This document shows, one piece after another, positions 24,769 through 37,826 of a stretch of DNA of 64,000 nucleotides. The stretch lies in the NCBI GenBank assembly GCA_043228905.1, contig JBHGNT010000012.1, forward strand, positions 6,510,001-6,574,000. The letters are read 5' to 3'. The stretch is from Azolla caroliniana. Taxonomy: Eukaryota; Plantae; Polypodiophyta. Position numbers and translations under genes: made by a program. Each line of letters begins with the position of its first letter. Position 1 is the stretch's first letter. The notes under the pieces are model-generated. The model worked only from the letters and a program-made list of their open reading frames with translations, had not been told where the DNA came from and ran no database searches.

Positions 24769-26354
24769 CTACATCTTTATAAACACCCGGCCACCAATAC
24801 TTCTCCTTTAGCTTTACAAAAGTTGCCCATATACCTTGATGATGACTTGCCCAAATACTATCATGAAATTCAATGGTTGTTGTTTGTTGATCTTGTTTCT
24901 TGCACACCACTTGAAGCGGAGTTCCATTGTTCCCCTTTGGATATTTCTGTAGATGTCCTTTGAGGGAGAACTTGTAGGCCTTCTTCCTAATTCTGTAGAA
25001 GTCTTGTTTTGGCCATGATTCATCCTTTGTAAGAGAGCTCAAGTATTTGCCAATTTCGATGAATTTGCCCTCATAATCTCCTACTTTAAACTTTACTAGC
25101 AATCAAGCACAAGAAAATTGTAAAGAAGTCTAGGCCAACATCCTCTTTGTCAGAGCATGAAATTTCTTCGCCCTTCTACCTTGCCCTTGATAACATGTCG
25201 TCCACCACATTATGCTTCCCGGTTATATGTCAAATCTTTGGGTTGAGTGACTTGATATAGGCAATCCATCGTAACATACCAATATCCGTTGTAGCACAAC
25301 TGGATATCAACCCGAGAATAGGTAGATAATCAATTTCGATTATGACTTCTGTTCCGATGAGGTAGCGACCGGTTTTAACCTTGGATACTATTCCCCTATA
25401 GCTCTCTCTTCACTTATGCATACTTCCTCTGTCTTCACCTTCACACCAAATCGGATTGCAAACCAATTCTTGTCTTCGTCTTCTTGGTTAATAACCCACT
25501 GAATCCCGTTTGGTCTCGTGTACACCGTCACATATATCGGGGTACCTTCAGTGGAGTTAACTTTGCATAGTGTTGGAACTTCCAATAGTAATTTCTTCAC
25601 CTTTCAAACCACAAAGGTATGCTCGTCTCCCCATTCGAACTTTTTTCTTTTCTTTAGTAGTCCATACAATGGTTAGGCGACATGGGCATAGTGTGGAATC
25701 CATATGTGATAGAATGCACATGCTCCCAAGAATTTTCACACCTCTGTTTGAGACTCACGCTCCTCTTTCATCTCTTGGATAGCATTCACCTTGGATGGAG
25801 ATGTCTTTCGGCCATAAGATCCACATAAGTGTCCTATTATCAATATTTTTGGTTGCCCGAATGCAAACTTCTCTCCCAAAAATGTGAGATTTGCACCCTA
25901 AAGCTTTTGCAACACCTTCTCACTATCCTTTATATGATTGATGACAAATCCTCAACAATTGTCTGCATTTTTTGATTCATTGTTTTCTTCCACCAAGCAT
26001 CCTTTCATTAGAATGTCATCTACGAAGGGCATTGTGATATCAGGAATACAATCCCTCAACACTTTGTTCATTGCATTCACCATGTGGGGTACATAGTTAG
26101 TCGCACCTTGGGGTAAGGTGCACATCCTTACCAACCCGATCGGTGTCCTCATAGTTGTAATGTCTCTACTATTGACCACTAATTGAAATTGATCATTGCC
26201 CAAATAGAGATCACCTATAGAATAGATTGATCCTCCTGCAAAGGCATCAACAAATTCATCCACACTTGGACCAATTATGGCATTTTGGATCGTCACCTTC
26301 GACGAGTTGGAGATCTTATATAAAGTGCAAGGACCTGTTTTACTTCGCCACCGT

Positions 26355-27247
26355 TTTCATGAAGATTTTCGACAATGGCGAGAAAATCGAGTAGGACAAA
26401 TAAAATGGGGTTGTGCAACATTGCACATGAACTTAGGAAATTTGTAAAAATGAATAAGGAAAGGCAAAATGTAAGGTGCTAAAGTACACCACAAAGTTTG
26501 TGAAATATAAATGTGATGTAGGTGCACATGCACACATAGTGAAAAGAGAGTGCATAAAAGTGTGGGAGTAATAAGTAGTGGGTATGGTGTGTGTATGTGT
26601 GTGTGTGTGAAAGTGAGAAGAGGGATTTAATGTGCCCCATCTATCCCCTCCTAAAATCAAGGCAAATATTCCTCTTTGAAAAGAGAGGAATATTTTACTT
26701 CTCCTTTTGTAATAAGCCTCCCCCCCCCCCCCTTCTACTATAAAAAGGGGAAGGAGAAACCATAGAGGGGGTCGCCATTTTGTTGTCTTGGGGTAAACCA
26801 TTTGGGGTTTTAGTTCTTCTTCATCTTCTTCCTATTTCATTCTAGGGTTTTGGTTTTAGGTTCATCTCTCTCTCATTTTCCTTTCTCTTGGTTAGGAAGG
26901 TTTAGTTCTTCTTCTTCTTCCTATTCGGTTAAGGTTTTCTTCTTCCTCGTATGGATTTTGGTTCTCTCTCTATAGTACTATTGTCTTTTCCTTCTAGTTG
27001 TGCTTAAATTCGGCCTAAATGGTCGTGGTTGCAAATCATATTGTGGCTTTTGTGCCTTATAAAGAAATCTTGTTTGGTGAACCTTGGCTCTTCTAATTCC
27101 TTGTCATGTTAATCTTTCGCACATTGTTCCTACCCCTTTGTGCTCGGAACACCACAAGGGAGAAGCTTCAATTCCTCCTTTTACTCCCTAGTCTGAGACC
27201 CTCGTGGTCCCGCCCAAGCTGACACGTAAGCACAGATTTTCGTGACA
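26355..27247 (+). mobile_element. Probable solo LTR inserted in the RT of Gypsy copy 2
   Basis: Degenerate 12-bp terminal inverted repeat (tttcatgaagat / attttcgtgaca). Flanks ccgt / tcgt. TATA ctataaaa near 26738. The host RT motif WFT|VxK is split at this point. Confidence 0.55.
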
Positions 27248-27771
27248 TCGTGAACCATCTATTGGAGTAGGAAACATTCGACAACACCATAAACCATCTA
27301 CATGTGGCACAGTAAATATCACCATCAGCTCTATCATCTTCAGGTCCGCACATCTGATTTCTTGTGGAGAGAAGGCAAAGGTTTTCCCATATCTCTCAAG
27401 CATCATCCAAAACCTTTCTTCTTCGTCAGAGAGAAGGAAGTCCTCCATTTTGACTTAAAGTTTCCCTCTATCATGATATGACTCCAAAAAAATTCGAACC
27501 CATGACCTTATATTACATGGGTTGAACCCTTACCGTTAGACCATGCATTATAATACAAAAATTATTATTTTCATTTATTATTTCACCGTAGGAAATTCAT
27601 GTATATTCCATATTACTCTAGAACATTCTAGAAACTTCAGGAGTACTCCTGAGAGTACTATAAATAGAGGCACATAGCATTATTCAGAACCAATTCGGTT
27701 CAACGCCAATCTTAAGCCTCCTAGCTACTCTTTGTATCTTCTCTTCATATAATATACCACTTGTTATCATC

Positions 27772-27824
<53 letters not shown>

Positions 27825-27828
<4 letters not shown>

Positions 27829-30640
27829 GTACCGGATTGCTTATTGCAAATGGTGTTTCCTTATGGCTCAATACTAACGGCTTTACATGTAGAAAACACA
27901 ATGGAAATAGTGTAATTGACTATGTGCTACTTTCCGAAGGTATTTTGGATCGTATACAAAAACTCTCACTGAGGGAATGGACATCGAAATCCGATCATAG
28001 GAATTTATGCATTGATCTCAAATGTATGCATAGGTTTGATTGCGAGAAGGTCATTGAAGATAGTAAACAAACGAAATTCAGCATGAATCTTAAGCGACCG
28101 CCCATGTATTCCAAGATGGTTGAGGATATGTTACAAATAAAAAAGACACAACATGGTGCCACACTAGAATGCAAATGGGAAGCTTTTAAGAATGTCATTC
28201 TCTCTTGTACAAACAAATGTTTTTCGACCAACCGCACATCATGGAAATGCACCAAGAAATGTAACAAAAAATGGTTTGATAAAGAATGTCATGAAGCTCA
28301 AAAGTGCCTTATGGTTTTGGATGTAGTTAAGGATAATGAAAATTACCAAAAGCATTTGCATGACTATAAAAGGCTTATTCAAAGAAAGAGACGAATATGG
28401 GAAGTTACTCAACAACTTCTCCAAACGCAAGAGAAAGCACATGCATGTGCTAAATTTTGGGGAAATCTAAAGGGGAAATGTGTTGAGAGTTATGGTGACT
28501 TAACTCTTCACGACTTGTCTATGCATTGTAAGAATTTATATGAGTTATCTCTTGCCGGAAAGATGATGTGTTATGGTTCTCTTTCACATATGTCTCCCTT
28601 CTTTACAATTGAAGATATATGCATAGGACTTAAGAAATTGGCCTCTCGAAAGGCAAGCGATCTTCAATGTATAAAAGTTGAAATGCTCAAATGGATGGGA
28701 AAGGAAGCACATATATGGATATGCAATATGTTTTATGATGCATTGCAACATGGTATGCCATATGATTGGACTACAAATTGGATCAAACCATTACATAAAG
28801 GTGGAGATGTAAATAATGTTAACAACTATCGAACCATCATGGTTGGCTCATTAATGGCAAAATTATTTGGATGTATAATGGAATCAAAGATAAGTGTATG
28901 GGCAGAAAAAAATGGTAAGAGAGCTTATGGACAAGCTGGTTTTCGAAAACACCATAGCACCATTGATCATCTTGTCACTCTTCGAGTATTAATGGAGGAA
29001 AGTCGCCTTAGAGGTAAAGGTCTATATTGTTGCTTTGTAGTCTTCAAGAAAGCTTTTGATATGGTACCTCATGACCACCTTTGGAAGCGAATGGAAGAAC
29101 TTGAGGTGCCAAGTGAATATATGCTTGCAATTTCCCAAATATATGAGAAGGTTATATGTTGTGTGCTTATGAGAGATAGACTTTCAGATATTTTCAAAAG
29201 CACTATTGTTGTTAAGCAAGGATGCCCACTCTCACCAACATTATTTGGTCTATGCATTGATGAATTAGAAGAAATGGTTACCAACTTTGTAAAGGAAGAA
29301 TGTGTTGAAGAAGTTGCCATTGGGAATGTTGTGATTATGCTTTTGTTATATGCAGATCATGTAGTGCTTTTTGCAAATACTTTAGGAGATGCACAAAAGC
29401 TTATGAAGGCATTGGAAAATTTTGCATGCATACTAGATTAAGTGTCAACAGCTCTAAAACAAAGATTATGCTTGTGAAGAGTCAAAAAAGAGATAAACCA
29501 TGCATTATGTACAACAATGAGCCACTTGAATGTGTGGAAAGCTTCAAATATCTTGGCCTTGAAGTTCCTTCAAATCATAAATGGAATGAATGTGCTACAC
29601 ACCGCTTAGAGGCGGGTAAGCGAGCATATTATGCATTTGAGAACACATGCAGTCTTGGAGATATTAAGTGTTGGGTCCTCAAGAAATATCTTTTTGACAC
29701 TTTGGTGACCCCGGTTCTTCTCTATGGGGTGGAAGTATGGGGCGGTAGCATCCCTAAATCTACATGGAAAGAGTTTGAAAATGTCCAAAACATTTTCTTA
29801 CAAAGTTTCTACGAGTTAAGAAACAGACACCCTACACCCTCCTCCTTGAGACAGGATCACTTCCCATTGAGATCATGGCCATGGAAAGGGTTGTTGAATA
29901 CATTCTTAAGGTTCAAAGAGGCCCCTCATATCGACTTCCTAGAATTACATGGGAAGCGAGCAAAAAGATCCAAAAGACGCATAAAAGCGAATTTTTGTGT
30001 TCCGGTTGGATGCAAGATTTAGAAAAATGGTTTGGTAGATGGGATGCAAGACACTTGCTTCATGGTGTGTCACTAGATTCCTTTGTAAATGAGGCCTTTT
30101 TGCAATGCCAATGTATCATGACATGGGACAAATGTGGTGGCACACGCTTCACACATTATATTACAAATGTTGCACTTAACTACAAAACCATATTCTTTGC
30201 GGAACAGGGAAGCCGTACACATCGATACATGTTAGAGCTCATCCCGATATCTGCCATTCGAACCATTACTTCCATGTGACTTAGCTCGCACGCATTGAGA
30301 TGTGAGACAGGGTGTTGGGGCACAAGTGATGAGAGTGGCCGACTATGCACACTTTGCCCTAAACAAGTTCGAGAGTCTGAGTATCACACTTTGATACAAT
30401 GCTCTGCCTTTGATCATATTCGACCATGCTTTCCACATCTCTTCGATCAAGCCCAATCCTTGCACGAATTTCTCTCACAACCACGATGTGCACTCTCGAT
30501 TGCAACATTCATTGATAAAGTTCTTGAACATCAAGAGTCGCCACTCACCTTCACACGTATCATGTGAAATGTAATATTTTTGGTCTCATAGGTCATTTTG
30601 ACCTCCGAAGACGAGAATATACTCTATCTATCTCTCTCTC
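27825..30640 (+). mobile_element. 5'-truncated LINE (RTE group, RTEX-like) in the 5' LTR
   Basis: APE C-terminus (SVIDY...SDH). RT motifs QAGFR, KQGCPLSPTLF and YADH. C-terminal RLCTLC...ESEYHTLIQC. TATC/TC tail. Preceded by (TG)n at 27774-27824. Confidence 0.9.
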
Positions 30641-30802
30641 TTAGTATTAATTCTCCTTGTCTCTAGTACTATCTTTGACATTTAGACCCGAATTTCTCAT
30701 CCTCTTACCCCTCCTTCCCTTCAAACTAATCGTCTTATCCTTCCTACTAAATGGTAATTGTTAGCGCTCAAGAATACCAATCTGTTTTCTCGAAGCCCCT
30801 AT

Positions 30803-33800
30803 GCTTAAAAGAGAAGTTTGTAGCACTAGAACAAGAAAATCAATGTTTGTTGAGGGATCTTCAATAAATAGCTCTAGAAAAACAACAACAACATGGGGCG
30901 CTAACGTTACGTGTGCAACAACTTGAAACAACTACTGTGTCACTACAATAACAGGGATTAAGCACTCAAGGGACTCCCAAAGAACCCAAGATTGGTCTTC
31001 CTATGAAGTTTGATGGAACACGAACACAATTTATAGGATTTCTTAATCAGGTAGGTTTGGTCATTCCAATGCATCCTTCTCGATATCCCACCAATGCATC
31101 ACGAGTGGGACTAGTAGGCACGCTACTTAGTGGCACAACTTTTACATGGTTCGCCCCTTTATTAGAAAAAGGCTCTCCATTGTTAAATAATTTTAAAGAG
31201 TTTATTAGCGAGTTTAAAGCATGTTTTGGAGATATTGATAGCGTTAGGATGGCAATCAACAAAATCTGAAGACTGCGTCAAGGTGATCGGCCAGCCTCCG
31301 CTTATGCCGCGGATTTCCGTCTTCTCGCCACCGATATTCCCTGGGATGACCAAGCATTGATGGAGCAATTTCTCTATGGCCTACGTAATAATGTCAAGGA
31401 TTTACTCTGGACTTTCCCCAAAGAACCAAAGTCGCTCACAGAAGCAATCAGTCGAGCGGTACAATGCAATAACTGCCTTTTCGAACGACGTTCAAAATGT
31501 CAGTTCCAGATCTCAAGGACAATATCAGAGCCCACCTACACCTCAGTTGTAGCAAAACCTTTTCCAAGAGAGTCATATAATGTGTCTCCAGAAAATACTC
31601 CAACTCTGATGGAAATCGACACCACACGTTGTCACGGACCATTATCAGAAGGGGAAAAGCAACAACGCCAAGCAAATCAACTATGTCTTTATTGTGGTGG
31701 ACCGGGGCATATTGTAGTGAACTATCCTCATAGGCCAAGAAGATAAGTAAATCAAATAGTTGCTAGTACTAATAGTACTAAAGCCAAGTTTATTTCATTA
31801 GGAGTGTCAGATAGTCCTAATAGCACAAGCCTATCAAACAAATTTGAAGTCCTTAGTCAATTAGAAGAAGAGTTAAACAACTAAGTCCAGCCAAAATAGG
31901 AGCCGTTTGGTTGGACAGTCCTAGATCTAAGCAAGTTAGAAATGTCTTCCTAGCTCAAGTAACAATTAGTACTAAAAGTAATCCTTCAGTACATGTCTTA
32001 ACACTCTTAGATTCCGGAGCCAATTCCTGCTTCATGGATAAGGATTTTGCCAAAGCTCATCAGATATCCCTAAGAAAACTCCCTTGCCCAACTTCTATAG
32101 TAGTCATTGATGGTCGCCCCATTGCTTCCAGAAATATCGTAGAAGAGTCAGAGACGATTAATGTTGTTCTAAATAATTTGGCATGTTTAGTATCATTTAA
32201 TATAATTAGTAGTCCAAAGCATCCAATTGTTTTTGGGTTACCATGTTTCGAATTACACAATCCGGACGTAGATTGGAGCCACCGTGGGGACCGATCTATA
32301 ACTTGTCACCTACCGAGATTGAAGTTCTTCGAGCCTACATAGAAGAAAATTTGGCAAACAAGTTCATTCGACATTCAAAATCTCTAGCCGATGCACCTAT
32401 TTTCTTTGTCAAGAAAAAAAATGGATCGCTTCGTCTAGTCATGGATTACCGTGGCTTGAATAAGGTCACCAGGAATAGGTATGCACTTCCCTTGATCTCG
32501 AATCTTTTAGAAAGAATTAATGGTGCAAAGTTTTTACAAAAATCGACTTACGAGGAGCATATAACCTCGTACGGATTCAACCGGGAGACGAATGGAAGAC
32601 AACTTTTCGCACCCGATATGGGCACTTCGAGTATACGTTTATGCCATTCAGCCTCACCAGTGCGCTAATGGTTTTCCATCACATGGAAAATGATATATTG
32701 TGAGATCTTTTGGACATCTGTTTGATCATCTACTTGGATGATCTGCTAATTTATTCAGAGACACAAGAGAAGCATGATTCTCATGTACTATTAGTACTAA
32801 GACGATTATAAGAACATGGTCTTTATGCAAAGCTGGAAAACTGTAGCTTTGACTGTAATCAGGTGGAAATTATAGGCTATGTCATCTCATCGGAAGGCAT
32901 CTCTATGGATCCAGCTAAAGTCCAAACTATGTTGGAGTGGCAGACTCCACGTTCATTGCAAGATGTACAATGCTTTTTAGGATTCGAAAACTTCTATCGC
33001 AATTTTATACAGCACTACTCAAAGCTTAGTTTGCCGCTCACACAGCTTACAAAGAAGGGGCAATCGTTTGTTTGGACTAAGGACGCGGACACGGCTTTTG
33101 AGGGTCTCAAGAAAGCATTTACTTCACTCCTCTTTTAGCTCATGTTGATCCACAAAAACCATTTATCATTGAAGCAGACACGTCTGATTTCACACTCGAT
33201 AGTATTTTGTCATAGCAAGGTGACGATGAGAAGCTACATCCCTTGGCTTTCCACTCACGCAAATTCGACGCCGCCGAAATCAACTACGAGATACACGACA
33301 ATGAGCTCTTAGCAATAGTGGACTCTTTTGCAAAATGGAGGCATTTTTTAGAAGGATCTTCGTATCAAGTCACTGTATTCAATGATCACAAGAATCTTGC
33401 ATACTTCTAGAATGCTAGTGTATTAAATAGACGACAAGCTCGATGGGCCCAATTCCTCACGTGTTTTGACTTCAAGATTACATATCGTCCAGGCAAGCAA
33501 CAAGGGAAGTCAGATGCATTATCACGACACTCGTATCTAGCTTCTCGTCATGGTGATCTGGCCTTCAACAATAAAAAGCAAGTAATCATGGGTCCGACAC
33601 GACTTCAAGCAACGTGGGTCTTTGACACTCCATTGGATTCCCGCATTATCGATACCGTACATGAAGATTTGAAGACAAATGTTTTCGCTCAAGCTATTCT
33701 AGATCAAATCAATCCTTCTCAAGCATCTTGTTCACGATCACAACAACCAGGTATAGATTATCAGCAATTGGAATGTCATAAAGGATTACTCTTCTTTAAG

Positions 33801-35070
33801 AAACTTTTGTATGTTCCCAATGACAAAACTGTCATGACACATATAGAGCCAGACATTTTGGTAGTACTAAAACATTGGATTTAGTACACCGATCATTTTG
33901 ATGGCCTCATATGCGAAGATTTGTCGAAGACTATGTTCGGACATGTGATACATGTTGTAGAGCGAAGATGCCACGACATCATCCATATGCTTTATTGGAG
34001 CCATTACCGAACCGAAGCAAACCATGGCAATCTATTTCTCTCAATTTTATCATAGATCTTCCGGACTCAAGGGGCTTCAATGCAATCTTAATAGTGGTAG
34101 ATCGATATACTAAGATGGCACATTTCGTGCCCTGTACTAAAGAAATCACTAGTAAAGAAACCGTTGGAATTGTTATGCGTGAAGTATTTCGGCATCATGG
34201 TCTTCCCGACAGTGTCATCAGTGATCGTGGACCGCAATTCCTCTCTAAATTTTGGAAGCATCTCTTTAAAATGCTCATATCACCTGCAATCTCTCCTCCG
34301 GCTATCATCCCCAAATAGATGGACAAGCAGAACGCACATATCAAACATTGGAGCAGTATCTTCTGTGTTTCCTAACTTATCAACAAGATGACTAGGCAAA
34401 TATTCTACACTTTGTTGAATTTGCTTATAATAATTCTATCCACTCATCTACTAGGGTTACACCATTCTACGCTTATATCGACTATCATCCTCATTGGTGT
34501 GTGTTAGAAACTCCTGAGTTACATACAAATCCTAGTGTAGAGGATCATTTGGAGCGGTTACAACAAATTCAGGCAGAAATATCTAGGTCCCACCTACATC
34601 GCGCCCATCAAACACAGAAGGACTATGCGGATCGTCATCGGCTTCCATCCTCTTTTAATATTGGAGATCGAGTATGGCTATTACGATGGCACATCAAGAC
34701 TACTTGACCATGTGACAAACTGGATTATCGGCGATTAGGCCCTTTCCGTATTAACGAAAAAAGTAATGATGTTACTTTTCGCCTTGATCTACCTCCACAA
34801 CTACGGATACATCTAGTATTTCATAGTTCTCTCCTAGAACCCTACCAAGACAACACTATCCCAAATCATATTACACCACCTCCACCCCCGATTGAACTTG
34901 AAGATGGACCTCAGTACGTGGTTGTTGCCATCCTCAACTCCAAGATTGTTTGCAACAAGCTCTATTATTTGGTTGATTGGCTAGGATATAGTCCAAGCGA
35001 GCGTACTTGGGAACCAGTGACGAATTTGGCGAATGCTCGAGCTCTTCTTGAAGACTTCCATCATTGATAT
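30803..35070 (+). pseudogene. Chromovirus gag-pol with a C-terminal chromodomain
   Basis: PMKFDGTR...YPT gag and CLYCGGPGH; LLDSGANSCF (PR); WGPIYNLS and YLDD (RT); NYEIHD.ELLAIV (RH); VVDRYTKMAHF and SDRGPQF (INT); chromodomain YYLVDWLGYSPSERTWEP near 34910-35065. Confidence 0.9.
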
Positions 35071-35440
35071 CCGTACAAACCAGGTCCTCAATCAAAGACG
35101 ACTCGTAACACTCGTTGTTTAAAGGGGGGGAATAGAGTCATGATATGGCTCCAAAAGGATTCAAACCCATGAACTTTTGTTACATAAGTTGAACCCTTAC
35201 CATTAAACTATGCATTGTAATATGAAAGGTATTATTTTCATTTATTATTTTACCATAGGAAATGCATGTATATTCGAGATTACTCTGGAACATTCTAGAA
35301 ACTTCAGGAGTACTCTTGAGAGTACTATAAATAGAGGCACATAGTATTATTCAGAACCAATTCGGTTCAACGCCAGTCTTAAGCCTCCTAGCTACTCATG
35401 TATCTTCTCTTCATATAATATACCACTTGTTATCATTATT

Positions 35441-35494
<54 letters not shown>

Positions 35495-35501
<7 letters not shown>

Positions 35502-37826
35502 TAGTTAAGGATAAAGAGAATTACCAAAAGCATTTGCATGAGTATAAAAGGCTTATTAAAAGAAAGAGACGAATATGGGAAGTTACTCAACAATTTATCC
35601 AAATGCAAGAGCAAGCACATGCATGTGCTAAATTTTGGGGAAATCTAAAGGGAAAACGTGTTGAGAGTTATGGTGACTTAACTCTTCACGACTTGTCTAT
35701 GCATTGTAAGAATTTATATGAGTTATCTCTTTCTGGAAAGATGATGTGTTATGGTTCTCTTTCACATATGCCTCCCTTCTTTACAATTGAAGATATATGC
35801 ATAGGACTTAAGAAATTGGCCTCTCGAAAGGTAAGCGATCTTCAATGTATAAAGGCTGAAATGCTCAAATGGACGGGAAAGGAATCACATATATGGATAA
35901 GCGATATGTTTAATGATGCATTGCAACATGCTATGTCGTACGATTGGACTACAAATTGGATCAAACCTTTACATAAAGGTGGAGATATAAATAATGTAAA
36001 CAACTATCGAACCATCATGGTTGGCTCATTAATGGCAAAATTATTTGGATGTATAATGGAATCAAAGATAAGTGTATGGGCTGAAAAAAGTGGTAAGAGA
36101 GCTTATGGACAAGTTGGCTTTCGGAAACACCATAGCACCATTGATCACCTTATCACCCTTTGAGTATTAATGGAGGAAAGTCGCCTTAGAGGTAAAGGTT
36201 TATGTTGTTGCTTTGTAGACTTCAAGAAAGCTTTTGATATGGTACCTTGTGAGCATCTTTGGAGGCGAATGGAAGAACTTGAGGTGCCAAGTGAATATAT
36301 GCTTGCAATTTCCCGAATTTATGAGAAGGTTATATGTTGTGTTCGCATGAGAGATAAACTTTCAGATTTTTTCAAAAGCACTATTGATGTTAAGCAAGGA
36401 TGCCCACTCTCACCAACACTATTTGGTCTATGCATTGATGAATTGGAAGAAATGGTTACCAAGTTTGCAAAGGAAGAATGTGTTGAAGAAGTTGCCATTG
36501 GGAATGTTGTGATTATGCTTTTGCTATATGCAGATCATGTAGTGCTTTTTGCAAATACTTTAGGAGATGCACAAAAGCTTATGAAGGCATTGGAAAAAAA
36601 TTTGCATGCATACTAAATTAAGTGTCAATAGCTCTAAAACAAAGATTATGCTTGTGAAGAGCCAAAAAAGAGATAAACCATGCATTATGTACAACAATGA
36701 GCCACTTGAATGTGTGGAAAGCTTCAAATATCTTGGCCTTGAAGTTCCTTCAAATCATAGATGGAATGAATGTGCTACACGCCGCTTAGAGGCAGGCAAG
36801 CGAGCATACTATGCATTTGAGAACACATGCAATCTTGGAGATATTAAGTGTTGGGTCCTCAAGAAATATCTTTTCGACACTTTGGTGACACCAATTCTTC
36901 TCTATGGGGTGGAAGTATGGGGCGGTAGCATCCCTAAATCTATGTGGAAAGAGTTTGAAAATGTCCAAAAGCATTTTCTTACCAAGTTTCTACAAGTTAA
37001 GAAACAAACGCCCTACACCCTCCTCCTCCTTGAGACGGGATCACTTCCCATTGAGATCATGGCCATGGAAAGGGTTGTTGAATACATGCTTAAGGTTCAA
37101 AAAAGTCCCTCACATCGACTTCCTAGAATTGTGTGGGAAGCAAGCAAAAAGATCCAAAAGACACATGAAAGCAAAATTTTGTGTTCCAGTTCGATGCAAG
37201 ATATAGAAAAATGGTTTGGTAGATGGGTTGCAAGACACTTGCTTCATGATGCATCATTAGATTGCTCTGTAAATGAGGCATTTTTGCAACGCCAATGTAT
37301 CATGACATGGGACAAATGTGGAGGCTCACGCTTCACACATTATACTACACATGTTGCACCTAACTACAAAACCATATTCTTTGCGGAATAGGGAAATCGT
37401 ACACATCCATACATGTTAGAGCCCATACCGTTATCTTCCATTCGAACCATTGCTTCCATGCGACTTAGCTCACATGCATTACGATGTGAAACAAGGCGTT
37501 GGGGTACAAGTGATGAGAGTGGTCGGCTATGCACACTTTGCCCTAAACAAGTTCGCGAGTCTGAGTATCACACTTTGATACAATGCTCTGCCTTTGATCA
37601 TATTCGACCATGCTTTCCACATCTCTTCGATCGAGCCCAATCTTTGCATGAATTCCTCTCACAACCACAATGTGCACTCTCAATTGCAACATTCATTGGT
37701 AAAGTTCTTGAACATCGAGAGTCACTACTCACTTTCACATGTACCACGTGAAATGTAATATTTTTGGTCTCATAGGTCATATTTGACCTCCGAAGACGAT
37801 AATATAATCTATCTATCTATCTATCT
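35495..37826 (+). mobile_element. 5'-truncated LINE of the same family in the 3' LTR
   Basis: About 93-96% identical to 28316-30630. Contains YADH. (TATC)n tail. Preceded by (TC)n at 35445-35494. Confidence 0.9.

Noticed and set aside
27777-27824. MCVCVCVC N-terminus of the 554-aa ORF
   Set aside because: It is the translation of a (TG)n microsatellite fused to a truncated LINE.
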